NCBI GenBank assembly: GCA_000165425.1
Contig: CT868017.1
Span: 186,001 to 250,000, forward strand
Reading direction: 5' to 3'
From: Paramecium tetraurelia
Lineage: Eukaryota
DNA length: 64,000 nucleotides
Under the pieces are notes generated by a model. That model ran no database searches, had not been told where the DNA came from, and was given only the letters and a program-made list of their open reading frames with translations. Positions 41,138-53,552 of this stretch are shown here, in pieces. Numbering within the stretch: position 1 is the stretch's first letter; each line of letters starts with the position of its first letter. Position numbers and translations under genes: made by a program.

Positions 41138-41590
41138 ATGAATTTCAATCTAAATGTTGAGTCTCTTGCATATGTGAACTAATCGACCAGACAATCGTAA
41201 TGTTATAGACAACAACTTGTCAAAAGAATTCTTTGGAGGTAGGTTACGATTGGTTTTGAGGGAAACATTCAATTCAAAATTTTTTTATGCTGCCATAAAA
41301 TTTATTGTCAAATTGAGAATAGCGGAAGATCAATAGCTACTTTGATATATCAAGCATAGTTATTAAAAAATTGAGGACAAGGCCTCCAATTATTTATTTT
41401 AGCAATCAAAAAGACGAGTAAATTAAAACGGACTTTCAACTAGTATATCAAGAGTCTCTTATTTTACAATTTTTTAGTGGTTAGAGGTATTAGATTAATC
41501 AAATAAGCCATATAGTAGGTTTAAGCTATTGTTTGATCATACAATTCTAATTTCAATAGTGATGAATACATTTTATATTCATATGCATTA
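41138..41590 (+). pseudogene. Decayed 5' fragment of the duplicated CNBD K+ channel
   Basis: Homologous to 19544-20010 (tgctgccataaaatttattgtcaaattgagaa is shared) but with indels and TGA codons. Homology stops around S1. Confidence 0.88.
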
Positions 41591-42153
41591 CAATTTGCAA
41601 CTCCTATAGAAATATGTAAATCCTTTTATTTCTTAATACTAGTTTTCTTTTAATTTGAGATTGTATCAAGTAACGTTGCATACAACTTCTTAAGCTGTTG
41701 AGGATGGCTATGAATTTTTATGTAACGACAATTGGTAACTATGTTCTCAGCACCGAATTTTTGTGGTGATTTGATAATACAAGTTCCCAGATGTTATAAT
41801 TCAGGTCCAATGATGATTATAGGATGCTTATGGTGCTTCCTAATAAAACCAACCTCCTAATGCTAAATTTTTAATTTCTTTAAACTAGAAAATTTATATT
41901 CAACCAACTTAATAGGCTATTAATTGTCTTTCTTAAGTATCAAAGTTGTAATCTCACTTTAGAGAAATTTCCTAGAGCAATATAAATTATTAATCAGCAA
42001 CATCTTCTAATGATATCAAATTGAGATATCATCAAAATTAGTGAATATTTTCTGATTTGGTAAATAGGTGTCTAATAAATAGAGTAAAAAATATATCAAT
42101 AATAAACAAAAATGTTAATAAAAATTTAATTCAGTAAAGAAATCATAATATAT

Positions 42154-43080
42154 TCATTTTAAATGTCCAATTTTATCAGCAATAACATCTTCTTTTTAAT
42201 AGAAGTCTACTTTGCCTTCAATAATATCATTCATGTTGAATATTGCTTAAGTTTAGAATGTAATTTATACCTTCAACTATCTTCCAATTAAAATGCCAAT
42301 CATTAAAAGTTTCAATCTAATACTAGTTGTAGTACCATGAAAACTATTGTTTCTCCAACTGCCCTCGAATATGATCTAAAATTTGGACTTGTCAGTAAAT
42401 AATGTTCCTTAACCTTCTATACTGTGTACTTCTTAATGTGTTATTACCTCTCCTTCATAATATAAATTATTCTAAAATGTAATTTAGGCTCTTAGTTTAT
42501 TGGATTTATTGAACTTATGTCCTGATGACATATTACAAGATTATTCAACATATTTTAATTTTTGAATTGTTAAAGTAGGAGTGCCGTGTTATAGATAAGC
42601 AAATAGCTTTACTAAGAACACTCGCTGTATGTATCTTGAGTTATTTCAGATCGATGGTATTTATGTTTACTTTATATTGTTTATAGAGCTGTTATGTTAC
42701 TCAATTTTTATGATGTACTGTCTTGGGATTGCAATTAAACAAAAAGATCAGGATTTTATGACTTTATTCAAATACTATTAGTTTTATGACGCAACTTATT
42801 AATCTCAACTATATTATTATTAAAATTTGAGTTTTAATCTTTTGATGGAGAATTTGACCGAATCTGTTTTATGTTTGAAGATGAGATGGTTTTAGTAAAT
42901 TTCACTATTTTTATGTTATCCTAAGGGCCCAAAAATATGTAATTTGGGAGTTGAATAGTAATGTAAGAGGTTTTTTGAGGAGATCTCAATGGTGCATTTC
43001 TTGTTGTATGTGCATTAGTCGTCAATCTTACTAATTACATTTAATAATATATTTTATAATAGACTGATTATTCTATTCAT
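42154..43080 (-). CDS. MORN-repeat-like protein; 5' part uncertain, possibly degenerate
   Basis: From ATG 42531 the frame reads ...LYYEGEVITHQEVHSIEGQGTLFTDKSKFQIIFEGSWRNNSFHG, then probable tiny introns, TGA at 42154-42156. Upstream Ser/Thr-rich coding-like sequence reaches an ATG at 43080 but needs introns or frame changes to join. Confidence 0.5.
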
Positions 43081-43129
43081 CTTCTCTTCTAAGTGAATGA
43101 AATTATATATTTTGATTTAATAATCATAA

Positions 43130-44185
43130 TCAAAGGATTTTTTTTGCCAATTCCTGTTCATAGTCTACTTCTTCTTGTCCTTACTCAAGTTCTTGCTGTT
43201 AAATATTTTATTTTTGATGAATGTTGATCACTCTAACCTTAACCTTTCTTAGGGCTCGTACAATCTAGTTGATTAAGTTCTATATTTACATTTGGAGGAT
43301 ATATAGATGTCACGCAGGATTTCGTAATTGCCTCATTAAATTAATTCTAATCCCCTTTTTCATAGGAATTCAACACCTAATCGACTACTCGAAACTCTGA
43401 GGATTTATGGAAATTGTACACTCTATATATTATTAATACTCCAATCATACTAAATTATTAATTGCTCTAATTCCTGATTGGCTCTAATGATCTCATCTTG
43501 CAAGATGTACATTATAATAACAATCAAAGCATATTGACTGAGTGGGTATTTCATATGTTCTTCTCTAAACTTCGTAATCTCCTTCATATATAAATCAGCC
43601 ACTTTGTGGTATTGTTGAGTCTCAATCAAAATCTCCACATAAGAGCTGATGATGTCAGTTCTGGTGGATGGAGCCTATTGATCTTCCGCTTCAGCCAAGG
43701 CTTCCAAAATTACCTTCTCTGCCATTTCATATTGTTGTCTTTTGATTAAATACCTGAAGAAAAGCTATCAATTTTACTTGGCCACTCTATTCAGCACTTA
43801 GATTGATTTCATTCCTGAATCTGAAACCTTGAAATAAATTCCAGCTTTCTATGTCCATTCTATAAGTTCTTTGTAATCATTGCTTGAATTATCAATAAGA
43901 GAATTAAGAAGGGCTTCATAGTTTCTACCCACTGCCCAAGTATCATTTAATTTCTCATTGCATTCAATGGCTAACTTCAGTGCTTCCTTTTCCTTCTAAG
44001 AATTCTTGCATTCCTTATACAATTTAGCTGCCTCTTCAAATTACATAGCACCCAAATTATAATCCTTTTTCCACTAAAACACACCAGTTGTTAAACTAAA
44101 ATAATCTATGTTATGAGACATACGCTTCTTTGCCTTTCTTAAACTTCTTATCAGCCTCCTTCTCTTAATTATTGTCTTATTTCAT
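43130..44185 (-). CDS. NAPG: Gamma-soluble NSF attachment protein (gamma-SNAP)
   Basis: MKQDNNQEKEADKKFKKGKEALTTGVFQWKKDYNLGAMQFEEAAKLYKECK matches the gamma-SNAP N-terminal TG.F.WK.DY..A..F..AA motif. Helical body, acidic tail, several tiny introns. Confidence 0.85.
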
Positions 44186-44673
44186 TAATTGTAAAAATAA
44201 TTATCAATTCTGCATAAAACAAATTTATTGATCAATCATTCCTCATTCTTTTTCTCATAACTACTGATAGAAAGGTTAAATTTCTCTGAAAACATGATAC
44301 AATTTTGACAACAAATAAAATACTCTGCTTAGTTTTCGGGTTTAATTTGATATTATATCATCATATCAACTGATGGAGAATTTAGAGAGAGAAGGTTTCA
44401 ATACATTGAATACATCTAAAAAAGAATAATAGTGTTAAATAGGAGTTGAAAGAAAATTATTATTAATAAGGGATTACTTAAAAAATATAATATAGTTTTC
44501 TATTTATAGGAAGGAAGATATTCATTCAGTTGAATAGACAATACTTATTGTAATTATTTAAATTAAATGGGTTAGATAGAGATAGTAATGTGCAGAATAT
44601 TAATATTATAATAAAGAAGATATATATATGTATTAACAATTTTGGGAAATAATAAATTCTCATTGTAAATAAA

Positions 44674-45186
44674 ATGAGATCAAGAAAGTTGTATGATGGA
44701 GATGTTGGATATGAATTACGAGGCTAGTCTAGTTAAAAATTCAGAAGAAAGGGTCAAGTGAAAAAGCAGAATGAAATTGAAATAGAGATTCCTAATGGGG
44801 ATTTAACTAAAGGTCGAATATTCTTTAATCACAATTGTGCCGGTTGTCATGATTTGTATATACTCTTTCATTAATAAAGAGACTAAGATTTGTATTTAGG
44901 ACCATCGTTGAGAACAGTTTATTTAAGAAGAAATGGATCTAAGAAGTTTTCAAATTATGGTAAAGACTTGACAGCCTATAAATTCTATTGGACTAGAAAA
45001 AAGCTTTGGGAATTCCTAGAGAATCCTGAAAAAATGTTTCCTGACACAAACATGTAGTTAGATGGAGTATTATTTGAATATAATTTATAGGTTAAAGATC
45101 CCTTTATGCTGGCTAGTGTTATAGATTATCTATAATATTTAAGAGTGTTTACATGCGATATAAGAGGATTAAAATAAATAATCTGA
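44674..45186 (+). CDS. Divergent class I cytochrome c with basic N-terminal extension
   Basis: IPNGDLTKGRIFFNHNCAGCH (CxxCH), GPSLRTVY, YWTRKKLWEFLENPEKMFPDTNM (axial Met position), VIDYLQYL. Two 24-nt introns at 44856-44879 and 45067-45090; TGA at 45184-45186. Confidence 0.9.
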
Positions 45187-45463
45187 ATATTGTATGAATA
45201 ATAATAATAATCATATAATTAAAATAAATGTATAAGTAAGAGGGTTGTTTTTTAGTGGGGTAGAATTATCTAAGAAAGTGAATATGTATTCATTCCTAAA
45301 TTATTGAACGAATTGAACATGTATTTGCAACTAATAGATAATAATAATTCAAGATAATAACTAGTTTAAGAATAAAACAACGCCAGACAGAGACGATAAG
45401 ATATATCTAAATTGAAATAGGAGAGTTTGATGATTGAATATGATACAAAGCTATAATTGATAC

Positions 45464-45811
45464 TCATTATTTTGGAAATGGGGTTTTTTAAAATTTTCGA
45501 TGAACTTTCTACAACAAAGGTGTTTAGAACCAAACCTTTATTTATGGGCTTTATTAAAGAGACTGAGATTATCGTTATTTATGAAACCGAGTAGACACAT
45601 CATTTTTTTTAATGGATTAACACAATCTTTATAATTCCTTTTTGTCCTTTAATTGCTAATCTCTAATGTCTATGTGATAGTTCTCTCTTTAATCAATATG
45701 CAATTAAATGAAAGACTTAAAAATACTCTCTTCCTCGTTTCTTTCCTTCACTCTGGCTAATTTGGATTTGGAGAGGATGTGCAATTATTTTTTTTGAATT
45801 TATTTGCTCAT
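45464..45811 (-). CDS. Hypothetical protein, 3' end uncertain
   Basis: MSKQIQKKQLHILSKSKLARVKERNEEESIFKSFIQ..., ~115 codons, ATG head-to-head 29 bp from the phosphatase ATG. No recognisable motif. Confidence 0.4.
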
Positions 45812-45840
45812 TTTTATTAGTATTTTAATATTATAAATAA

Positions 45841-46455
45841 ATGAGAACTTTTGTTGACTTTATGGAAAAATATAAAGTTGTTTGTTCTAATGTCATACTC
45901 GAAAACACTCTAACAAGTGGAACATTATATTTGGGAGACTTTTACGCAGCTTTGGATAAGAAATGGTAATAGAAACATCAACTCGTTGCAGTATTGACTG
46001 TTGCTAAAGACTTGAATATTGAACCAGCATAAGGAATAGCACATAAGGTTATTGATGCCATCGATGATCCATCTTATGATTTATCATAGCATTTTGATGA
46101 ATGTTACGAATTTATGTCGATATGGTTAAAGAGAGGACCAATTTTAGTTCATTGTGCTGCTGGAGTCTCTCGTTCTGCAGCTATAGTAATATATTTTATA
46201 ATGAGATTCTTTAAATGGAGTTATATCAAATCATTTTAGCATGTTAAAGCTAAACGAAGTGTGATCTGTCCAAACGAAGGATTTATAAGATAACTCAAAA
46301 AACATGAAAAGTTGTTAGGTTTAGTAGTGTTTAGAGAAAGCACTTTAGAAGAAGAATAAAAACGCTAGACTTAAACAAAACCATCAAGAGGAGTAATTAG
46401 AGGAAGATCGGTTGTCATAAGAACTCAAAAATAGCCATTGACTAGATTTAAATGA
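45841..46455 (+). CDS. Dual-specificity protein phosphatase (204 aa)
   Basis: GTLYLGD, AIDDPSYDLSQHFDECYEFM, catalytic ILVHCAAGVSRSAAIV, AKRSVICPNEGFIRQL. Intronless; TGA at 46453-46455. Confidence 0.95.
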
Positions 46456-46885
46456 TATATATATCATTTTACTATTTAAATTAAATACATTAATAAAAAT
46501 ACTAAAGACTTGATGATATAAACAAGTATGATAAAACAATTAATTCAAATACTTAATTTAAGAGATATGAATCTGAAAAGGATATCTTAAACAAAATAGC
46601 TAAAATCAAAAGTATTTCAGAAATAGATAAGGGTATTCAACTATTTTTCTTTAAATTTCAAAGCACAATTAAATATTATCAAATATATATTTTCTATATA
46701 TTTTCATATTTGTAATGAAATAATATTGTCTCCTTTATCGTAAATATTCTATTAGAGTGCTATGAAATGACATTGTTTTTTCAATAAAAGTAATTTTAGC
46801 CAAAAAGGACATCTCTTAATTGGAGAAAATTGAAAACTAGTTTTTATAATTAGCTTATTTATTTTTAATATAATTTAAATTAAAA

Positions 46886-48601
46886 ATGATTAACGAGAAT
46901 AGGAGATAAGAAATTATGTCTAGATTGAAATAAGAAAGAGAGTAAAGGAAGAAATTGATAGAGGGTGGAAATGTTGAAACTGTCTACATCGATAAATCTT
47001 TAATAGAAACACCAAGCATTGGTGATGAGGAATATTCAGAGACATAATCATAAATTACAGATTAAAGCAAAAATAGTTAATTTAGCAGATAAACACCAGA
47101 TATACTAAAAGTCTAATAGGAGAAATTGTAAATGATGAAACAGAATCTATTCAAAAACAAAGAGACAAAGAAACCCACATATTTTGATAAATTAGCACAA
47201 CCAAAAACTATTGTCTAAGAAGAAAGGGAGAATTAGAAATTAGAATAAGAGAAAAAAATGGTAAACAAATAAATCATTTTAGTTGGCTGAGTTATCATTT
47301 AGACCAGAATTGAGTGATTAAACTAATTTGCTTGCCTAAATTAAATATTCTAAATTTGAAGGAATTCCCATACATGAAAGACTGTAAATGTTAGAATAGG
47401 AAAGATAGGCGCATATTGATGAATTAAAATTGATGATTAATTAATAGGAGGAGGAGCAGCCTTTAAATAAAGCTCCTCGACCTTATTGTGATCAACCTCC
47501 TCTGTATGAAAGATACTAATAAGTTATGCAAGATAAAAAGGCTTTACTTGATTATTTAAAAGCAAAACAACTTAGAGAGGAGGGAGACTTATTCAAACCT
47601 CGAATAAATATATAATCTTAAATTTTAGTTGAAAAAAATAGAGTAGATGGTTTGAATGTAGTTGATAGATTAATACAGGACGGCATACGAAAATAAAACA
47701 TCGTTTATTCGGATGATTTGCCTTATGATTTCCAACCATAAACTAATTAAAAAATTAATGATCAAATAGTCAAAGGAGATTTTAATTAAAGACAAGAAGA
47801 ATTTAACAGGAAGCTACTTGAAAAGAATTTGGAGTTAGAAAGCAAGGCATATTAAGATTATTCATTCAGACCAAAATTAAATAAGTAAAGTGAATTGATA
47901 GCAAATCGCAAGATCTCTTAGGATTCATTATTTGATCGACTCTATAGTGAATACTAGACTAGACAATCATATATTGAAGAAAAAAAGTAAGAAGAAATAA
48001 ACAAATCAAATTTCAACCCAGAATTAAATCCTAAGTCAATGGAAATGGCTGTGGAGAGAACTCTTTAAGATTTGATAAAAAATGAATATGGAGAGTATAG
48101 AAAATAGTTATTAAAAGAAGTTAATTAATTAAATTATTTTATAGAAGTATGATGACTCTGATAAGGAATGTTCATTCTACCCAAGTGTTTCGACATCCAT
48201 GAGATATTCATAAATGCATTCCTAATATAGTTTTGATGATTGTCACGAAAAGATTAAGTAATATCAAACTAACAGAGAATAAAGAAGATCTCAATTAAGA
48301 AAGTATTAATTTAACTAAACTAAGGTAGTAAGAAGATGAGTAATTGAAGTAGTGTACATTTAAACCATAGATAAATAAGAAAGTAATAGATAATACCAAA
48401 CAAATTGAAGTTTATGGTTTAGAATCCTTTATGCATAAAGTGGATATGACTAATAAGATGAAAGACCAATAATAATTAGTTGAACAAAAGCTTTTCAAAA
48501 AACATGAATAATACGATTATAACAGACATCAAGAAAGAACGAATTGTCAACCATTTAAACTATCTAGTAATTAAACTAGTAAAAATTCATATAAAAAATG
48601 A
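46886..48601 (+). CDS. Coiled-coil protein with repeated F-x-P-x-[IL]-N and ERLY-like motifs (putative cytoskeletal)
   Basis: Starts MINENRRQEIMSRLKQEREQRKK; motifs FRPELS, FKPRIN, FQPQTN, FRPKLN, FNPELN, FYPSVS, FKPQIN. Introns near 47261-47282, 48120-48144, 48303-48324; TGA at 48599-48601. Confidence 0.8.
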
Positions 48602-49297
48602 ATAACTACATATTTATAAATTTATTATAAATTCAAATATTCAAAAAGACAGAAATTCCATGTTCTTCATATAAATTATATTTAATTTGCCACCTACTAA
48701 GTTATTTTGTTTACAATTTGCCCATTGAGGTAGCTACGATATCTTTAAATAAATACACAAATCCTGTTCAATTCTGACTATACATATCTTCTAATGTCAT
48801 ATCAATGTTCAGATTATTCCCTTTTTAAAAGCATACATGAATAATTCATTATTTCTCCAACTAACCAAATTAATTTTGTTATGTTTGATTAATCATTTTA
48901 TTTCATAGTATGCATTTATTGATTCGTTTACACATTTACGTGTTTACAGCCCAAAACTCATAACAATCTTAAAGTAACTTAAATAAAAAATTCAGATCAT
49001 CAGTTTATTTAATTTAAGCTTTAATTATATTCAATGGTTGAATTATTTTATTACATTAGATTATAGTAGACAGATGGATTAATAAAAACGATATAAATCT
49101 ATAATACTCATAGATGATTTAATTTTATCTTTTACCTTCCTTTAAAATTTAGATACTTGTTGAAATGATATGTTCAATTTCTAAATAAAAAATATAGTAA
49201 ATTTTATTGATACATATTGAAATATAAATATATATATTAATTTTTTGCTGTCTCAACTAGTATTATAGTTTTAGATAACTAATTTTTATTAATAATA

Positions 49298-50405
49298 ATG
49301 GGATAAACATGTAATGGCTGCTAATGGTAGCACCATACCCCAGAATCCATTTAGGAAATCAACATCAAAAAGAAACCAAAGAAAAAAGTCGAAAAGTAAG
49401 ATAAGTCAGAGAAAACTGAGAAATCAGATCATTAACAAGAGCAAAAACAGGTTGAGAAGACAGACCAGAGTATTAAAAAACAAAGAAAAATCTCGTAAGG
49501 AGATGCTGCAATTAAAATTCAAAGAAACTGGAAAAAGCATAAAAAGCAGAAAGAAAAAAAGAAAGAAAAAGCTGGTGCCAATATGAAATAGTAGTATTTT
49601 AAAGAGGAAATAGCAAATGCACAACCCCCACCGGATCCGAATCGGGTAAAGAATCCACCATATAAGTATACAATAATAAAACATAGGTTTTAATCAGGAG
49701 CTATCTATGATGGAGAATGGAAAGATAAAAAAAGAGATGGATTTGGAATTTAACAATGGCCTGATGGTGCCAAATATGAAGGGTAATGGGTTGATAACAA
49801 AGCATGTGGACACGGTAAGTTTTATCACGCTGATGGTGATATTTTCGAAGGAGAATGGAAGGATGATAAAGCTAATGGTTGGGGAGTGTATAAACATTCA
49901 AATGGAGCTACGTACGAAGGTGAATGGAAGGATGATTTGTAACATGGAAGAGGAACGGAGACCTGTAAAATTGCAGTTATCTATGTTAGGGTAGGATAAA
50001 TCAAAATATTGTGGAGATTATATAGATGGGAAGAAGCATGGCAAAGGAAGGTATGATTGGGCTGATGGCTCTTATTATGATGGGGAATGGAAGGACAATA
50101 AAATAAATGGATTTGGAACTTATAAATGGGCAGATGGAAGGGGATATACGGGTGAATGGTTGGACAACAATATGAATGGAAAAGGAGTCTATTAATGGCA
50201 AGATGGTAGGAAGTATGAAGGATCCTACCTTAATGATAAAAAACATGGGTTTGGTATATATTACTGGGCTGATGGTAGAAGATATGAAGGAGGATGGAAG
50301 AATGGTAAATAGCATGGGAATGCTAAATATTACCTTAATGATGGAACAATCAAGGATGGACTTTGGGAAGATGGAAAAAGAATCAAATGGTTAGATGATG
50401 CTTGA
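49298..50405 (+). CDS. MORN-repeat protein with IQ motif and N-terminal acylation signal
   Basis: MGQTCNGC start, [16 protein letters not shown] motif, about 9 repeats of type [21 protein letters not shown] / [24 protein letters not shown] at 50403-50405. Confidence 0.93.
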
Positions 50406-50615
50406 ATTTATATTTCATTCTCCTTTTTACTTCATAATATTAAAATAAACCATCTTGAATGAAGCTAGTTTTTAACAACATTATAATTTTACAATAAAAT
50501 CATTTTTGAATTGAAACTCAATATAAATTAAATTAATTTTTATAGTGATCAATTATAGGAGTAGAAAGTGAACAGAATTGCCTTCAACTATATTGTTGAG
50601 GTGTAGAAGCCGAAA

Positions 50616-50969
50616 TCAATTTATGATTAAGCGAGCATATCTTATATTAAATATACAAAATTGTTTAATTATATCTTAATCGAAATTGTAAATCTCTATG
50701 AGCAAGCAATTAAGAATTAAAGCTAATTCAGGTTCTAAAATCAAAATTTAGTTTTTCATTAAGTGTGACTTGAGTTATTTTGACCCCTAATTAAAAATAA
50801 GTTCCATTTCTTTAATTAGAACGCGTACCATTTAATCAAGGGTTTCGAAAGGTTTTATGTTATAGTAAATATTGTTGTAAACTATTAACTTTAAAGATTG
50901 AGATCTTCCAGGAATAAAGAACATAAACAAATTTGTCAATGAGTAATCTTTAATGAAAGCCTGATTCAT
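50616..50969 (-). CDS. Possible hypothetical protein
   Basis: ~117-codon code-6 ORF MNQAFIKDYSLTNLFMFFIPGRSQSLKLIVYNNIYYNIKPFETLDQMVRVLIKEMEL..., head-to-head with the gene at 51052. No motif recognised. Confidence 0.35.
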
Positions 50970-51051
50970 TTAAAGGAGGATAATTTGGATACTAAAGCAA
51001 TTAATAAAAGTATAATAATTAATTTTCGTATTTTTGGATTATAATATTAAA

Positions 51052-52190
51052 ATGCAAAAAAAGAGTAGGTAAATTTGGAAGAGTAAAATAACAATTCAAA
51101 AAGATTTTAGATAATTGTAAATAGTAATATGTAGAATAATTGCATATATTATCGTTGGGGAGTGCATAATAATAATCTTTGAGAGCATCTACTTGGCTAT
51201 AATAACATTTTATGAAGTATGATCTCTCAGTATTTAGTACATTGGATTACTGAGTGTATTGTTTTTATTGATTGTTTTGCTATTACGATATTTGAGGCAT
51301 TTTCGAAGTACTAAAATAGAAATATAAGGACTTTTGATTATAGAATATGATTGTAGTAGTTGCAAGCAATTCATAATTTGTTAATTTTGCCACCATTGTT
51401 AGACGAGTGCTAATCATTATAAACTATTGTAAATGTGTTTGGATTAAGAATAAATCAAGTACGAGCAAAAATATTATAATAAGATTGGTAAAGCGAGGCA
51501 TATTAATATTTCTAATTAAGATTCTATCTTCTGTGGCATTTGAATCCTATACTGCAATTAAAGTTGAAAATTCCATGGAATTCTATACTGTTTATTAAGC
51601 TGCTATAATGGCAGTATTGTTTGTAAATTCGATACTTTTTTTTTTATTGATTTATTTTGGATGGCGAGTCTATGGAGAAATAAGAGAAAAATCAACATTT
51701 ATCTAGACATCTCCGGATGGATTTAGAATGATGGAGTAACTGTCTGCAATCTAGTAATAAGAGAAATCATTAAAGAAAGACGAAATCAAGAACCCAACGC
51801 CTGACTAACCAGAATTGGAAGATAAGGGCTCTATTAATATATCAATAAATGAGAACATGAGTCCAGCTATGTTAAAATTAGTATTTGAATAATTTTATCA
51901 AGAAATCAAGTTTAAGTCCCAGTCCAGGGAAATATAGATCTGGGAAAATACTTGACTTCTTAGAAAAAAAGATTAGTCATGCAAAACACAGTTAAAAGGA
52001 ACTAAGTAATGGGTTCAGTCGTGAATTCAATAAAAAATTCAATACTGATTAATGTACAATAGATTTAATAATAAAAGTATAAATTAGTCTTGACTTCGGA
52101 GATCAAGAAGATGTTTCTTCAGCAAGAAATCCAATTGATGTAGAAATACAGAAACATAACTTTTCCAAAGATGTTAAATTCATTTCTTGA
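51052..52190 (+). CDS. Hypothetical multi-pass membrane protein with polar C-terminal tail
   Basis: Several hydrophobic segments (IIAYIIVGECIIIIFESIYLAII, AAIMAVLFVNSILFFLLIYFGW) separated by tiny introns. Ser/Lys-rich tail ends at TGA 52188-52190; exon structure only partly resolved. Confidence 0.6.
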
Positions 52191-52590
52191 AAAACTTTGT
52201 CTTTCATTCTAACTATTATATTAATCTTTATATTTTATCAATTATCAAGCATCGATCTCCATCAGTTTGATAATAATATGTGATCAATGATTTCTAAGTC
52301 TGTAGTCTTAACTTACATATATACTAGCTATTATAATGAAAATATACAAATACAAAACAGGATCTCTGATTCTAACTGGATTTCAGTCAGTAATAATAAT
52401 TGTAAATGTTAGACAATGTAAATCTTAAGAATGATATAGATAAGATATAAATATGAAAGTTGTTAATTACATAAATAAACAAAAATTCTTAATGGGTTAT
52501 AAATGCACAAGTATTTTGATGATTAGATTGAATGCATTTATAATTATACTAATAATTATAAAATGATAAATTATTATATATAGTTAAATT

Positions 52591-53368
52591 ATGACAGAAT
52601 TGATTGATAAATTTAGAGTGCCTTTTTTAACATCTCTTGCCAATTATAAATTGAGACAATCAAATGATATCTGGATAAATTTTAGAAAGTTGCTACAACT
52701 ATTTGAAGGATGCGAACCTTGGATTGTCAATGTCAATGTATTTGTCTATTATCTAATGCTTTTAGAAATGGAATCAATATAAAGTATGGTCTCTATTAGA
52801 AAAACCATAAAAGTTAATTAGATTAGTTCAAAATTTTAGAGTCAACATTTAAAAGATGCATCCTAAAAATATAGAAATTGCAATAGACAATTTATGCTCA
52901 GGGGATAATCAATATTCATAATATTTGGCTGCTCTTGTTTAATACATTATTGAAAAATACGAGATCCTAATTAATGAAGAATAAATCGCTAATTATCTTG
53001 ATGATTCAGATCTTATTGAATCCAGAATGAAAACACAAGAAAGTGGACTTGACTTCTAGGAATAACCATCAATGGATCTCTCTTGTAGTAATAGCAAGCC
53101 TAATTCTGCAATGAGAAAAAGCAGTTGCACTCAAAGATCAAATACAACTGAATCTCGGAATAATTGGAATTAAACCAAAAATACCATTGAAAATCTCTAG
53201 AAACACAAATTGCATTTATAATAATAAATTGAGTAATAAAAAGAAATTCTAAGGGAACTTCAATATTAGCATAATAAGACGACATAATAGATTTAAAAGC
53301 TAAGTTCAAATTCTAAAATAGATAAAATCCTAAATAACTTCAACAAATCAAGAAGATTTGTCTCTTGA
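52591..53368 (+). CDS. Hypothetical protein
   Basis: MTELIDKFRVPFLTSLANYKLRQ..., intron near 52738-52765, coiled-coil C-terminus IEQQKEILRELQYQH...; TGA at 53366-53368. Confidence 0.7.
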
Positions 53369-53552
53369 TACACCTAGAAGGTATGATCCAGAATTATTAT
53401 TTGAGTCAAAAAAATCATAAATTATAACAATTTCTCTTTAAAATGTATGTTATTATAAATAAATTATTCTTAATATTTTGAATTACTAATCAAATTATAA
53501 AACACATCTACTCTTTAATTAAAATTCAACTTAATTGATTTAACCAAAAAAA

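Larger units (their letters stand above)
22521..41590 (+). repeat. Tandem segmental duplication, copy 2 (gene A2, gene B2, channel relic)
   Basis: Colinear homology to 495-20010 starts at the gap edge and ends near 41590, where channel homology stops. Confidence 0.95.

Noticed and set aside
495..41590. The two copies being uncollapsed alleles on either side of the gap
   Set aside because: Divergence is high, locally at many amino acids, and the second channel copy is heavily decayed, which fits paralogs. Physical adjacency across the N gap is still unverified.
41620..42050. Possible relic of a Cys-rich repeat gene (CGDLIIQ resembles CGDG-type repeats) or a minus-strand ORF
   Set aside because: Only one partial motif with stops in neighbouring frames; long stop-free runs arise by chance when TGA is the only stop.
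44373..44696. ~105-codon plus-strand ORF upstream of cytochrome c
   Set aside because: No motif, it appears to run into the cytochrome c start in another frame, and its length is within chance expectation under code 6.
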